Assembly (NCBI GenBank): GCA_963799775.1
Contig: CAWCYD010000003.1
Coordinates: 704,001-768,000 of the forward strand
Direction of reading: 5' to 3'
Length of the DNA stretch: 64,000 nt
DNA from: an uncultured archaeon
Lineage (GTDB): Archaea; Thermoproteota; Nitrososphaeria; Nitrososphaerales; Gagatemarchaeaceae
Shown: positions 30,871 through 41,528 of the stretch, piece by piece
How the letters are laid out: every line of letters starts with the position of its first letter
Numbering within the stretch: the stretch's first letter is position 1
Notes under the pieces: generated by a model
The model's database searches: none
What the model saw: the letters and a program-made list of their open reading frames with translations, nothing else
What the model was told of the DNA's origin: nothing
Translations under genes and position numbers: made by a program

Positions 30871-31584
30871 TTGGCGTCTGGAGCAGAGACCAGGGTGGCC
30901 TTCATCTCCGATGTGCACTCGAACCTGGAGGCCCTGGAGGCTGTGCTCGACGAGGTAGGTAGGCTCAAGGTGTTCTGCGCAGGGGACGTCCTAGGCTATG
31001 GCGCGTCGCCGAACGAGGTCGTGAGCCTCCTCCGCAGCATCCGAGCGACCTGCGTCCGCGGCAACCACGACCAAGCCGTGTTGGATGGGGATGCGGGGGA
31101 GTTCAATCCGACCGCGGCGGTCGCGGCCAAATGGACGACGGACCACCTGGACCGAAAAGGCCGGGAGTTCCTTGAAGGGCTCCCGACCGTCGTGACGACG
31201 GAGATTGGGGGGAAGAGGCTCTTCATGACGCACGGGCCCCCCAACGACCCGATGTGGGAGTATGTCTCCCCTTCCACTCACTCAGACCTCTTCGATTACT
31301 ATCTGGACAAGACAAAGTCTCAGGTGATCGCACTCGGCCACACACACATCGCCTTCCAGTGGCACGGCGACGACGGCGGCGTCGTATTCAACCCCGGGTC
31401 GGTTGGGCAGCCCCGGACGCGAGACCCGAGGGCCTCGTTCGCCATCCTGACGGTGAGAGAAGGCAGCCCTGAGGTCGACGTAGACCTCAGGAAGGTCGAG
31501 TACGACGTGGAGAGGGCGGCGAAGAAGATATTGGAGTCAGGACTTCCTGCTTCGCTTGCGAGCCAGCTTCTTGCGCGGGACTAG
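30871..31584 (+). CDS. Metallophosphoesterase (YfcE/MJ0936-like)
   Basis: SDVHSN, GDVLGY, RGNHD, THG, GHTH, NPGSVGQPR. Confidence 0.92.
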   Translation: MASGAETRVAFISDVHSNLEALEAVLDEVGRLKVFCAGDVLGYGASPNEVVSLLRSIRATCVRGNHDQAVLDGDAGEFNPTAAVAAKWTTDHLDRKGREFLEGLPTVVTTEIGGKRLFMTHGPPNDPMWEYVSPSTHSDLFDYYLDKTKSQVIALGHTHIAFQWHGDDGGVVFNPGSVGQPRTRDPRASFAILTVREGSPEVDVDLRKVEYDVERAAKKILESGLPASLASQLLARD

Positions 31585-34500
31585 GCCGCCTGAGACGTCG
31601 ATGTAGATGGGCCTGCCGTCGAGCTCGTCCTCCTCCCATTCGCCGCCCTCCGATTGCTCTTGGGAGACCTCGATGTCCTTCACCCGCACGAGGAACGCCA
31701 GGTGCTTCTTAAGCGGCGAGAGCATGGAGACCGTCTCCTCGTCGAGTCCGGCGACCCTCGCTTTCGCGAGCACCGCGGCGGGTGAGTACCCCCTCTTCTT
31801 TCTCAGGGCCTGGAGCCTCCTCGCGACGTCCCTCTCGACGCCTTCGGCCATCAGCTTGTCGTCTCTTACCTTCTCGATGGCCACGATCGTCTCTCCCTTG
31901 GAAGCGGCCTCCCAGTCGCCGGTGCCCCTGAAGCTGAACTCCATCGCCGAGACGGGGACGTCCAGCTGCTTCCCCCCGACCTTGAGCTTGATGGGGGCGC
32001 CGGCCCGATACGTCTCCCAGGCTTCGTCGGCCCTCGAGGAGCTTGAGGCTGGAGAGACTCGTTCGTCTTCTCCTTGAAGTAGGCGCCGATCTGCGACCTG
32101 TTGGGACTGAGTGTCACAGAGACAGGCAGTGCGGAGACCTTGGACGCGAACCTCACCTTCTTGACGTTGCAGAGCAGGGCGATGAGCTTCTCCGCGCGCT
32201 TCATCCTCGTGAGCTTCTCCGCCGGGACATAGACCTCCATGCTCCTGAGGGGCCACCGCCGCTTGAGCCTAGCCTTCACCCTCGCAGAGTTGCACGCGGC
32301 CTCGACCAGGAGGGCGAACTCGACCGCCTCCGTCTCTGCCTTCGCAGACTTTGGCAGACCGAGCTTCGGGAGTTCCTCGAGGAGGAGAGGCCCCTTCCAG
32401 GGCTTGGCTGCGAACATCTCCTGGTGAAGGTACTCTGTGATGTAGGGGGAGACGGGATGGAGGAGCATGTCGACAGCGGAGAGCGCGTACCCCAGGACTG
32501 CGAAGATCGCCAGCCTCCGCGGCTTCTCCTTGGGGCTGTCGCTCCAGAGCTCGTTCCTTACCATCCTGACGTATCCCTGGCTGACCACCTCAACTATCTG
32601 GTGCTCCAGCTCCTTGCACGCGTCGTTGTACCTCGCGGTCTCGTACGCGTTCTCCACGCTCTCGACTGCCTGCTGGAGGTTGTAGAGCACCCAGAGGTCG
32701 ACCTGCGTGAGGAGCTTCCTGCCCAAGGCCCATTTCGCCGTGTGCTTGCGCGGGTCGAAGCCGTCCTGCTCGCCGTTCTGTTGAAGATAGACGTGGAGGT
32801 GATAGAGGGTGTTGATGGCACCTGGTAAGGCCTCCCCGACATCTCCTTGGTGTCCATGCTGAGGGCGTCGACCGGCGAACTCTTCCAAATGATGTAGTAG
32901 CGGAGCAGGTCCACGGAGCCTGTGTTCAGCATCTCTAGCGCGTCGAGGACGTTCCCCAGGCTCTTGCTCATCTTCCGACCCTTCTCGTCGAGGACGTGCC
33001 CCTGGAACAGGAACGCCTTGTACGGGGAGACGGGCTTGCCCTCATAGATCACGTTGAGGACGAGCAGGGTGTAGGCCCAGCCGCGCGTCTGGTCGATCCC
33101 CTCGGTGAGGTGGCCCACAGGGACGAGCGAGGCCCTCTCGGCGTCGGTGAAAGCAGACAGCGGCGCGGAGCCGCTGTTGTGCCAGGTGTCGAGTACGAAG
33201 GGCTCCCTCCTGCACGGTGCGCCGCACTTTGGGCACTTTAGCAGCACCCTGTCTATCCACGGCCGGTGGAGCTCGAACGACTCGCCGTCTGGGAGCTCCA
33301 GGGCCTTGTCGAGTATCTGCCTGCGTGAGAAAGCCGTGCACCTTCTCCTTGCACTTTGTGCAGACCCATATCGGGAGCGGCGTGCCCCAGACCCTCTCCC
33401 TGGAGATGCACCAAGGGGGGACTGTTTGATGAACTCGATGAACCTGTTCCTGGGCTGGTCGAAGTAGTACTCGACGTGCTCTGCGGCCTCCACCAGCTGC
33501 TCCTTCACCCTGTCTATCCAGTAGAAGTACTCGCGTCTCGCCACCCAGACGAGCCTGTGCCCGGACCTCCAGCATGTCGGGTACTCGTGCTCGAGCCTGC
33601 CCTCGTTGACGAGGCTGCCCTTCTCCGTCAGGAGCTTCGAGACGAGGCTGTCCGCGTCCCTCACAAACATCCCGGCGAACCTCCCTGTCTCCGCTGTGAA
33701 CCTCACACGGTCGTCGATGGGGGCGAAGACGGGGATCTTCCTCCTGGTCGCGACCAGAAAGTCCTCCTCGCCGTTCGCGGGGGAGAGGTGCACCAGCCCT
33801 GTCCCGGTCCCTGTGTCGACGAAATCCTCCGCGACGACCTTGTGTATGGTCCCCTGGGCGTGGACCCTCTCCAAGCCTGGGATTTCTTTGAGGAGGGGAT
33901 GCTGGTATTCGAGGGCCCTCCAGGTCTCTTCCCTTCACGACCTTTATCGTCTCTCCTATCGGCAGACCAAGCTCCTTCGCAAGGGCCGCCTTCCTGTCCT
34001 CCCCCACCACCCAGGTCTCGTCTCCGACCTTCACGTAGACGTAGTTGGCGTCGGGCTTGACGCCCACGAGCTCGTCGGTGACGACCGTGAAGGGCATCGT
34101 CGTCCAGATGAGGAGGTAGCTCCCGTCGGATGAGACCTCACCTTGTAGTATAGGCTGGGTGCCCTCCAGCGTCTCGTAGCCCAGGACTGCCTCGGCGTGG
34201 CTCAGAGACGTCATGCAGCTGGGGCAGTAGGGTACGACCTTGAAACCCTCGCCGAGGATCTTCTTCTCCCATGCCCTCTCGAGGAACCTCCACTCGCGTT
34301 CGATGTAGGCGTCCTTGTAGGTCATGTACGCCTTGGAGTGGTCCAAGAGCAGGCCCAGGAGGACGTCCGCGTCCTCCCACGACTGCAGGTACTTGCCGAG
34401 AAGCCGTTTGCAGGCCTCGACGAGCTTCTCCTCGCCGATCTGCTTGAGATCCCTCCCACTTGTTTCCGGATAGGCCAAGCTCCTTCTCGGCCTGGAGCTC

Positions 34501-34818
34501 GACCGGGAGGCCTTGACAGTCCCAGCCTGCCCTGAAGACCACGTTCTCCTTGAGGAGGAGCGTGCTGTAGCGATACCAGAGGTCGTCCTCCATTATGCGC
34601 CCGCGTATGTGACCGATGTGAGGGACGCCGTTGAGGGTAGGGGGGCCTTCGACGTAGCCCACTCGGGGCTTGGAACCCAGTGCCTTTGAGACCTGTCCAT
34701 GGAGGTCTGCCTCCTTCGTGAAATGCTGGACCCTCGACTCGACCGTCTTCCAATCGAAGACAGAAGGGAACTTCTGCTCGCTCGCCGTTGGCTCAGTCGG
34801 CACGGATTTGATAATCAC
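31537..34818 (-). CDS. ileS: Isoleucyl-tRNA synthetase (several frameshifts)
   Basis: EGPP..NG.PHIGH, GWDCQGLPVE, IWTTMPFT, GTGLVH, WCISRER.WGTP, EGIDQTRGW, KMSKSLGN. Confidence 0.94.
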
Positions 34819-34898
34819 TCATGCGCTTCTCTTGCCGCAGGAGGGCACGACGAAATCGATTTTAAAATCCTTCGGCCAGAAAAGCTGGAGGGGGTCGG

Positions 34899-35899
34899 TC
34901 AGGTGTCCGACCGATAGTCCGAGAGGGCGGCCTGGTACCCGTCAAGCGGCTTTGCGTCGAAGCCCTCCGCCCTCAGGGTCCTCGCGAACTCGTTCGTGAA
35001 GCCGTGGGTGGTGTAGACGACCTCCGGTGAGACGTCCTCGACGAGCTTGAGTAGCTCTGAATAGTCGCAGTGGTCGCTTACCGGAAAGGAGTAGTCAGCT
35101 CCCATAGATCCCCCGTATCCTCGCTCCACTGCCCAGCCGCTGAATGCGGTCAGCACGGCCCCGAACTCCTTCTTCAGCCTGACCGCCACGCGGTTCCTCG
35201 CGCTCATCATGGGCGCTATCATCACCCACGGCCCTTGCGGGAGCCCGTCGAGGGCCTGGATATGGTCTTGGCGGCGGCCTTGAGCGGGACGCCCGACTCT
35301 CTGTAGATGTCGTTCGATCTGGCCCACCGACTCGTGCACGAAGAACGGCTCGACGAGGAGAAGAGAGACGAGAGTATCTGGGACTTGCCGAGCGGATACC
35401 CCATGAGGACGATCGGCCTCCCCCTGTCGAACGTGTGGGCGATGATCTCGTTGACGAGCTTGACCGTCTGGTCCAGCGGAGGGAAGATGTAGCGCGGGTC
35501 GCCAAAGGTCGTCTCCGTTATCAGGACCCTTGCCTTCTTCGTCTTGCAGCGGCTCATGAACGCTCGCTCCCTTCCCGCCGCGTCTCCCGTGTAGAGCACC
35601 TCGTCCTTGATGTAGAGCGCCCTCGCCCCGAGTATGTGGCCGGAGTCTAGGAGGGCAACGTCGTCAGGGAGCGCATGCCTCTCAGAGCCGAGCTCGACGC
35701 CCCTCGCGCGCGCAAGCGTCACGGTCTCCTTCGAGGCGAGCACCTTCGAGGCTGGATGCGGCGTCTCGACGTGGTCCATGTGGGCATGAGAGACGAAGGT
35801 GTAGTCGGCCCTTACCGAAGCTTTCGGGTCGAGGGCGTATTTTACGCCTCGATGCTGCACCATGATGCCGGCCCCGAGAGACACACTTGCCATAGTCAA
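34899..35899 (-). CDS. Beta-CASP/MBL-fold nuclease (frameshifted)
   Basis: SHAHMDH, GHILGA, YTGD, ETTFG.P, GYPLGKSQ, SDHCDY, THG. Confidence 0.85.
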
Positions 35900-35987
35900 A
35901 GTGAGGGGAAGTCCACCTTGCCCTGAGCCTTCGCCGGTGAGAGCTTATGATGTTTGGGGTCGGTGCCGACATCCAGAGCCTGCGGCC

Positions 35988-36377
35988 TCAGGCGCCGAAG
36001 AGATGAGCTCGCGCGTGGACCGTGAGGAGCTCCTGGTGCTCTGTCACGAAGGCGCAGTAAGGGCACTGGACCACGTTGGGGGGAAGCTGGTTCTGCTTCT
36101 TCTTCTTGCTCGCAGCGATGGGGTCGGCAGAGTGCACGACGAAGCGCTCGCCCTGCACCTCCAATGAGTAGTGTTCGGAGTCCTTCCTGCGGGAGATGAA
36201 GCCCGTCACGGCCTGCCGCACCATCTCGGGCTCTGGCTTCGTCTCCGTGAGGACGTCCAGCACGATGCTCTCGTCTTTGACCAGTGCGATCGCGATGCCT
36301 TCAAGGCTGTCAGAGATCTGAGAGGCTAGTGCGAGCTTCTCGTCCGCTGAGAGCTCGGTGCAGTCCACCAGGATCAT
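35988..36377 (-). CDS. Hypothetical protein with C-terminal C2H2 zinc finger
   Basis: CPYC-x12-H-x3-H at the C-terminus. Confidence 0.7.
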   Translation of the reverse strand: MILVDCTELSADEKLALASQISDSLEGIAIALVKDESIVLDVLTETKPEPEMVRQAVTGFISRRKDSEHYSLEVQGERFVVHSADPIAASKKKKQNQLPPNVVQCPYCAFVTEHQELLTVHARAHLFGA

Positions 36378-36426
36378 TGAGTCGGCGGCGGGTAGCCCGA
36401 GAGATAGAGCTTTTGGTGCGGCCCGT

Positions 36427-36910
36427 TCACTTGAACTTGCCGAAGAGTCGCTTGAAGAATCCGCCCGTCCTCTGGGCTGGCGCGGCGGCCTCGGCCGGAG
36501 CGGGGCTCGCAGGCTGCGGTGCGGCGGGCGCAGTCACCGTCTCGGCGACTGGGACTGGCGAGGAGGCGATGACCTCGACGATGCGTTGGGTGAGGGCGAC
36601 TGGTTCGTCAGCCGGCAGCACGACCGGCTCCGTCTCTGGCTCGATCTGGCCGCTGCTGGAGCAGCGGCGACCTCCCTGATCTCCGGGATCTGCGATATCT
36701 CCGTTATCTCAGGTGCCTCGATTGCCTCCGCTGTTGCAACCTTTGCCTGCGCAATGCACCTTCAGCGCGTCGGCGGAAGAAGACTTCGTTGTAAGAAGAA
36801 CGCGACGAGGGCCCGCCTTGGACCGTCGTTGCCGGCCCGGAAGAGGGGAATGTCGTGGCTTGAGCGGATTTGGCCCGTCTCAGAGGGTCGTCGCCTAGGC
36901 GCTTTGGCAA
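36427..36910 (-). CDS. ParA-coupled low-complexity protein with C-terminal amphipathic helix (two apparent frameshifts)
   Basis: TTG start overlaps the parA 3' end. Reassembled MPKRLGDDPLRRAK...APEITEISQIPEIREV...GGFFKRLFGKFK, about 160 aa. Confidence 0.6.
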
Positions 36911-37767
36911 GCTAGTATCTCCTTTGCAAGGTCTCTGTACGCCCTGGCGCCGGAGCTCTTCGGGTCGTACTCGAAGATCGACTTGTGGTGGCTGGGGGCC
37001 TCCGCAAGGCGCACGTTGATCGGGATGTAGGTGGAGAAGACCCTCCCTTCGAACTCGTCGCGCACCTTCTCCGCGACCTCGCGGGAGATGAGCGTCCTTC
37101 TGTCGTACATGGTCAAGACCGCGCCCAGGACTCTGAGGGAGGGATTGATGTCTTCCTTGACCTTCTGGATCGTCTCTTGGAGATGGACCACGCCGTCCAA
37201 CGCGAAGTAGTGCGTCTGGACTGGGATGATGACGTCGGTGGCCGCCGTGAGGGTGTTCACCATCAGGAGACCTAGCGACGGAGGCGTGTCGACCAGGACG
37301 AAATCGTAATGCCTGTCACCATCGGTGAGGGCCTTTAGTTTCTTCTTGAGCTTGAACTGCATGTTGATGTCGTTCGCGAGCCTCACCTGGCAGGAACTGA
37401 GGTTCTGGCTGGAAGGAGCGATGTCGAGGTTCGCCCTGCAGCCGGCCAAGACGACGTCCCCGAACGAAACAGAGTCGTCCAGCAAGAGGTCTGCCGTGCT
37501 CTTCCCTTGGGGCGCGTCAGGGGAGACCAGATAGTCGGTCGAGTTGGCTTGCGGGTCTAGGTCGATGAGCAATACCTTGTATCCGAGGGAGGCCAGCTGA
37601 CAAGATAGGTTGACCGTGAGGTCGGTCTTGCCTACGCCGCCCTTTTGGTTGGCCACCGCGATCACTCGTGTGAGCGCCTGCATCGAGGCGGAGACTGTCC
37701 TTGAACCTGAGGATGAGCCTGCCATCCTGCTCGAAGTCTTCATCTCCAATCTCCCGTCTGTTCTCAT
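36895..37767 (-). CDS. parA: ParA/Soj family ATPase (start may be 37683)
   Basis: ANQKGGVGKT, IDLDPQANST, DTPPSLG, TMYDRRT, INVRLAEAPS, YDPKS.GA.AY..LA.E. Confidence 0.93.
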   Translation of the reverse strand: MRTDGRLEMKTSSRMAGSSSGSRTVSASMQALTRVIAVANQKGGVGKTDLTVNLSCQLASLGYKVLLIDLDPQANSTDYLVSPDAPQGKSTADLLLDDSVSFGDVVLAGCRANLDIAPSSQNLSSCQVRLANDINMQFKLKKKLKALTDGDRHYDFVLVDTPPSLGLLMVNTLTAATDVIIPVQTHYFALDGVVHLQETIQKVKEDINPSLRVLGAVLTMYDRRTLISREVAEKVRDEFEGRVFSTYIPINVRLAEAPSHHKSIFEYDPKSSGARAYRDLAKEILACQSA

Positions 37768-37852
37768 CTCATGAGGGTTCCCGATAATAACCGCGAGGTG
37801 ATTTCATTTACATCTCGAGGCTAACTCATCTTAACAAAATCACCGGAGACGG

Positions 37853-40233
37853 TCAGCGCGCGGTCGAGACCTTGAGCGCCCTCCACGAATTTGGCTTCAA
37901 GTCAACCTTGATCTCGAGCCTCGAAACAAGTTTCAATCGGTCCATCTTGACCCAGAGCCCGGTCTCAGGCTGCAGCTCCTCGACCTCTGCGAATAGAGAC
38001 GTCGCGAAGGACTTGGACTTGGCAGGTAAGGGGACCAGGCCAGAGAATGGGACAGGTTCCGTGTTCCCGAGACAGATAAGGCTCGCACCAACGTCCCAGA
38101 AGAGGATGCCTTGCAGCCCCCCGGTGCCTTCCACCCTCAGTGCTTCCGGAAAGTGAGCCGAGGTCGGCATCGTCCCGTCCGCCCATCGCGAGACGTCGAG
38201 ACTCTCCTTCCCGAAACTGGAGGCGACGAACGCGCGACCCCCGGCCCTGCCGACGAATACAGACCCCTTCTTCCCCAGGTCGAGGTCGTGGACAAACAGC
38301 CAGCGCAGCTTCGATGCCTCGGGGACCTTGAACCGCAGCCCTTCTCCGCCCCAGGCTAGGCCTGCCTCGCCGAAGAGCAACGTCTCGACGAACCTCGAAG
38401 CGGCGACGGGGTCGGACCCAGAGCTCTGGATCTGCTTCCTCTCGCAATCGATCCAGTGCGGGAACTCTCCTGGATGCCTCCGAGCCGTTCCGCCTCGAGA
38501 TGAACCAACCTCGCAACTTTCTCGAGCTGTGCGCTCCCTATGCTGGGGTACCCGTTCGCGAAGGCCAACGAAGCATGAGAGAGGGCAGCCCTTGTCCAGT
38601 AGCCGCCCAGCTGCCCGTCTCCATAGGTCGGACTGTAGTATAGGTTGTTCGAGCTCGGGACCGTGCGAGGGCCCCAGCCCGTCTCAAAGTCCTTGTCCAT
38701 GAGCCTGTGCACGACGGAAGAGGCCAGGTTCTGGTCAGGCGAGAAGAACGAGAGACCCACGGCCTGGTCCACAGTCATCTCCTTGTGGACGACTCCCCGG
38801 GAGTCCACGTTTAGCGCAAGCGCGCGTGTCTCGGGGCCCTAAGTTTCTCGTTCAGCGAGTCCAATAGCCTGAGGCTCTGTTCACGGAGCTTCGCGGAGTC
38901 GCTCCCCCTGCCCGCCAGCTGCGCGACCGTCGACGCGTCACGGAGGGCTCTTACGGCGACCAGGTTGACTTCGGCTGTGTGACCGGTCGGGAAACCGGCG
39001 CCAAGCCGGCGCCTCCACCCGTCTGGGGACTCGGACGACGAGACCAACAGGCCGTCGGCTAGCATGTTCGAGAGGCCGTCCGCGACCTTCTTGACGTTCG
39101 GGTAGGACTTCTTGATGGCTCTCCTGTCCTGGGAGCGCGCCGTGAGACAGGCGCACAGCCCGATGAGGTAGAGCGAGGTCTCCAAGGACACTCCTCTCTC
39201 GAGGCCAAGCCCTGCGTCTCGAGCGGTGTCCGAGTAGCGGATCGTCCCGTCCTTCCTGAGATTTCTTCTTCCCCACTCGGTCAAGGTCTGGACGAAGTCA
39301 CCCTGGAGCAAGGAGAGGCCGATGCTGGCAGACAGGCGCTCCTCCAGGTTCTCTTCGCTCTCTATCGAGCAAAGGATGGCCTTTGCCCACTCGAAAGCGA
39401 AATTGACGGAGGGATTCGAGGTGACGAAGCCGACCCCGGCTGGATTGACCGAGCCAGACGCGCCCTCCTCGGCCAGAGCGGTCGTCGCCGCGCTGAGCGC
39501 GGCCTCCAGCGATGAAGGGTGATAGAGAGAGAAGGACCTGATCTCCGCGACGCCACCAGGCAGGAGGTCGAGTGCCCTGCTGCGTCATGATGATGACCGA
39601 ACCTGACATTCCGAGCGAGCTCTCTGGGAGCTCCCCGAGGGAGAGCAGCTCCGCGGCTCGGCTCCTGTCCTTCGTCATGTATATGACGGATGGGCGGGAG
39701 GAGAAGCCGATCACCCTGACGCCTGTGGTGTCGCCCACGTCGTCCATCACGACCTGGTCTTGACGGTTGAACGCGTTGACCCCGATCTCTCCGGGAGCAT
39801 CGCGGTCTCGTCTGAAGTTCAAAGACGTGGGGTCATGGAGGGTCAACACCCTCAGCCTCGCCACCGCGTCGGTCCTGTTGGTGAGGGTCACAGCCCTTAC
39901 CCAGCCCTCGCACTCACCGTGGAGCAACCTGACAGAGTGCACGGCTTGGATCTTCTCCACCCCTCGCGGTGAGTAAGAGGCACCAGTCGGAGTGGTCCTC
40001 AGAATGACGTCCTGGGAACGTACGCCTATCTTCACGCCGGCTTGGATCTTGAAGACCTCGGTCGAAATCCTCCCGAAGACGAGCTTCCTCGCGTGCGCGC
40101 TGTAGAGCCAGGACATGGACCCGTCAGGCTCTATCTTGGCTCGGATCCCGCCACGGAAGAGGAAGATGCCCCTCTTCAGCTGCGAAGCCGAGAGCTCGCG
40201 GGTCTGGGGGAACTGCGAGAGCCCGCGCTGCAT
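37853..40233 (-). CDS. Glycogen-debranching/amylo-alpha-1,6-glucosidase-like glycoside hydrolase (fragmented)
   Basis: Four consecutive fragments. GWGPRTV...YYSPTY...GGYW resembles the (alpha/alpha)6 debranching-enzyme motif. Confidence 0.5.
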
Positions 40234-40260
40234 GTCTGCACTTTGCGGTCTCTTGGTGAA

Positions 40261-41453
40261 CTAATGCACCGGGATTGAACCTACTTGAGCATCGGGTGAA
40301 CTACCCTCGGCAACGCCGTAGGCTTCTTGCTTCAACGGCACGAACTTGCTTATCCGCCGGTGAGGGAGAAAAGGCAGAGGCTGCGCCTCAGCATGGGCCT
40401 GTTCCAGGCCCCTTTGCAGCACGTTCCTGGCCGCGTTCACGTCCCTATCGAGGACGAGACCGCACACCGGACACCGGCGTATACGCACCCAGAGATTCTT
40501 CTGAACCACGGCACGACATCTGGAGCATTCCTGCGACGTCCCGCGGGGGTTGACGAGTATCACCCGCCCACCATGCCTCTCCGCCTTGTAGGCGGTCAAG
40601 GTTCGGAGCTGACCCCATGCGGCGCCCATTATTGCTCTGGCGAGATAGTGGCGTTTTACCATCTTTGGAATATGCATATCCTCAAAGACGATTACGGAAT
40701 GATTCTTAGCGAGGTAGTGGGAAAACCTTGTGCGTCTTGTCGATGCGCTGGTTCTTCACCTTGCGCCATTCCTTTGCTAACGCGACCCTGGCTTTCTGGC
40801 TGTTTCTTGAGCCCGGTCTCTTTCGTGACAAAGACCTCTGCAGAGTCTGAATCTTCTCGGCGGATCGCTTGACATAATCCGGGTTGTCAAATGTCGTTCC
40901 ATCGCTTAGGACGGCTAGCTTTAGCAAACCGAGATCCACTCCGATGGGTGGTCTGTCATTGGTTACCTTTTTCGCGTCTGGTAGTTCGACCTGAATGGCA
41001 GCAAACCAGCGGTCAATCTCGCGAATTATCGTGCATCTCTTAGGCTCACCGAGTAGTTTTCGATGGACTTTCATCCTGATTTGGCCAATCTTCGAAAGTC
41101 TCAATCGGTTCTTCCAAATACCAAAGCCCGGTTGTTGTGGATAGGTGAAGGAGTTGTACCTTTCCCTCCGCTTGAATCTCGGCTTCTTAGTAAGCCCCTT
41201 GACCCATGATGTGTGAGCCTTGTCGAGCCTGATATTGACATCCTGGAGAACTTGTGAATGCACTGCCTTCAGATACTTGTTGTCGACCTTTCTTGTGACT
41301 AGAGATGCCTGCTTCTGATAGAAATCTGATCGCATCTCATGAGTTTCCTCGAGGAGCTGGTTATACAGGTGCCTGCATGTCTCAATGAACCTCACTCATC
41401 AAGAATTCCTGCGTTCTGGTCGGATAGAGCCTGAACCTGTAGGTGCTTATCAA
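40261..41453 (-). CDS. tnpB: RNA-guided endonuclease TnpB (frameshifts near 41395 and 40710)
   Basis: YRFRLYPT HTH, LYNQLL, PRFK, RuvC-I GVDLG, RuvC-II FED, TSQECSRC...CPVCG Zn finger, RuvC-III DRDVNAARN. GAGGTG RBS and TTATAT box upstream. Confidence 0.92.
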
Positions 41454-41528
41454 ACACCTCTTGTTCCAGATTTCGGATATAAGCGCCCATCCTAGCGGTC
41501 AAATGCACAGTCTCCCAATCAGCATCGG
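40296..41528 (-). mobile_element. tnpB-only IS200/IS605-family (IS1341-like) element
   Basis: Lower GC than the flanks. Right-end motif GAAGCC..CGGC-GTT-GCCG..GGGTAGTTCAC ends at 40296. No tnpA. Left boundary uncertain. Confidence 0.8.

Noticed and set aside
30427-31584. 385-aa phosphoesterase with long N-terminal extension
   Set aside because: The extension is an off-frame reading of the trmB 3' end. The phosphoesterase starts near 30871.
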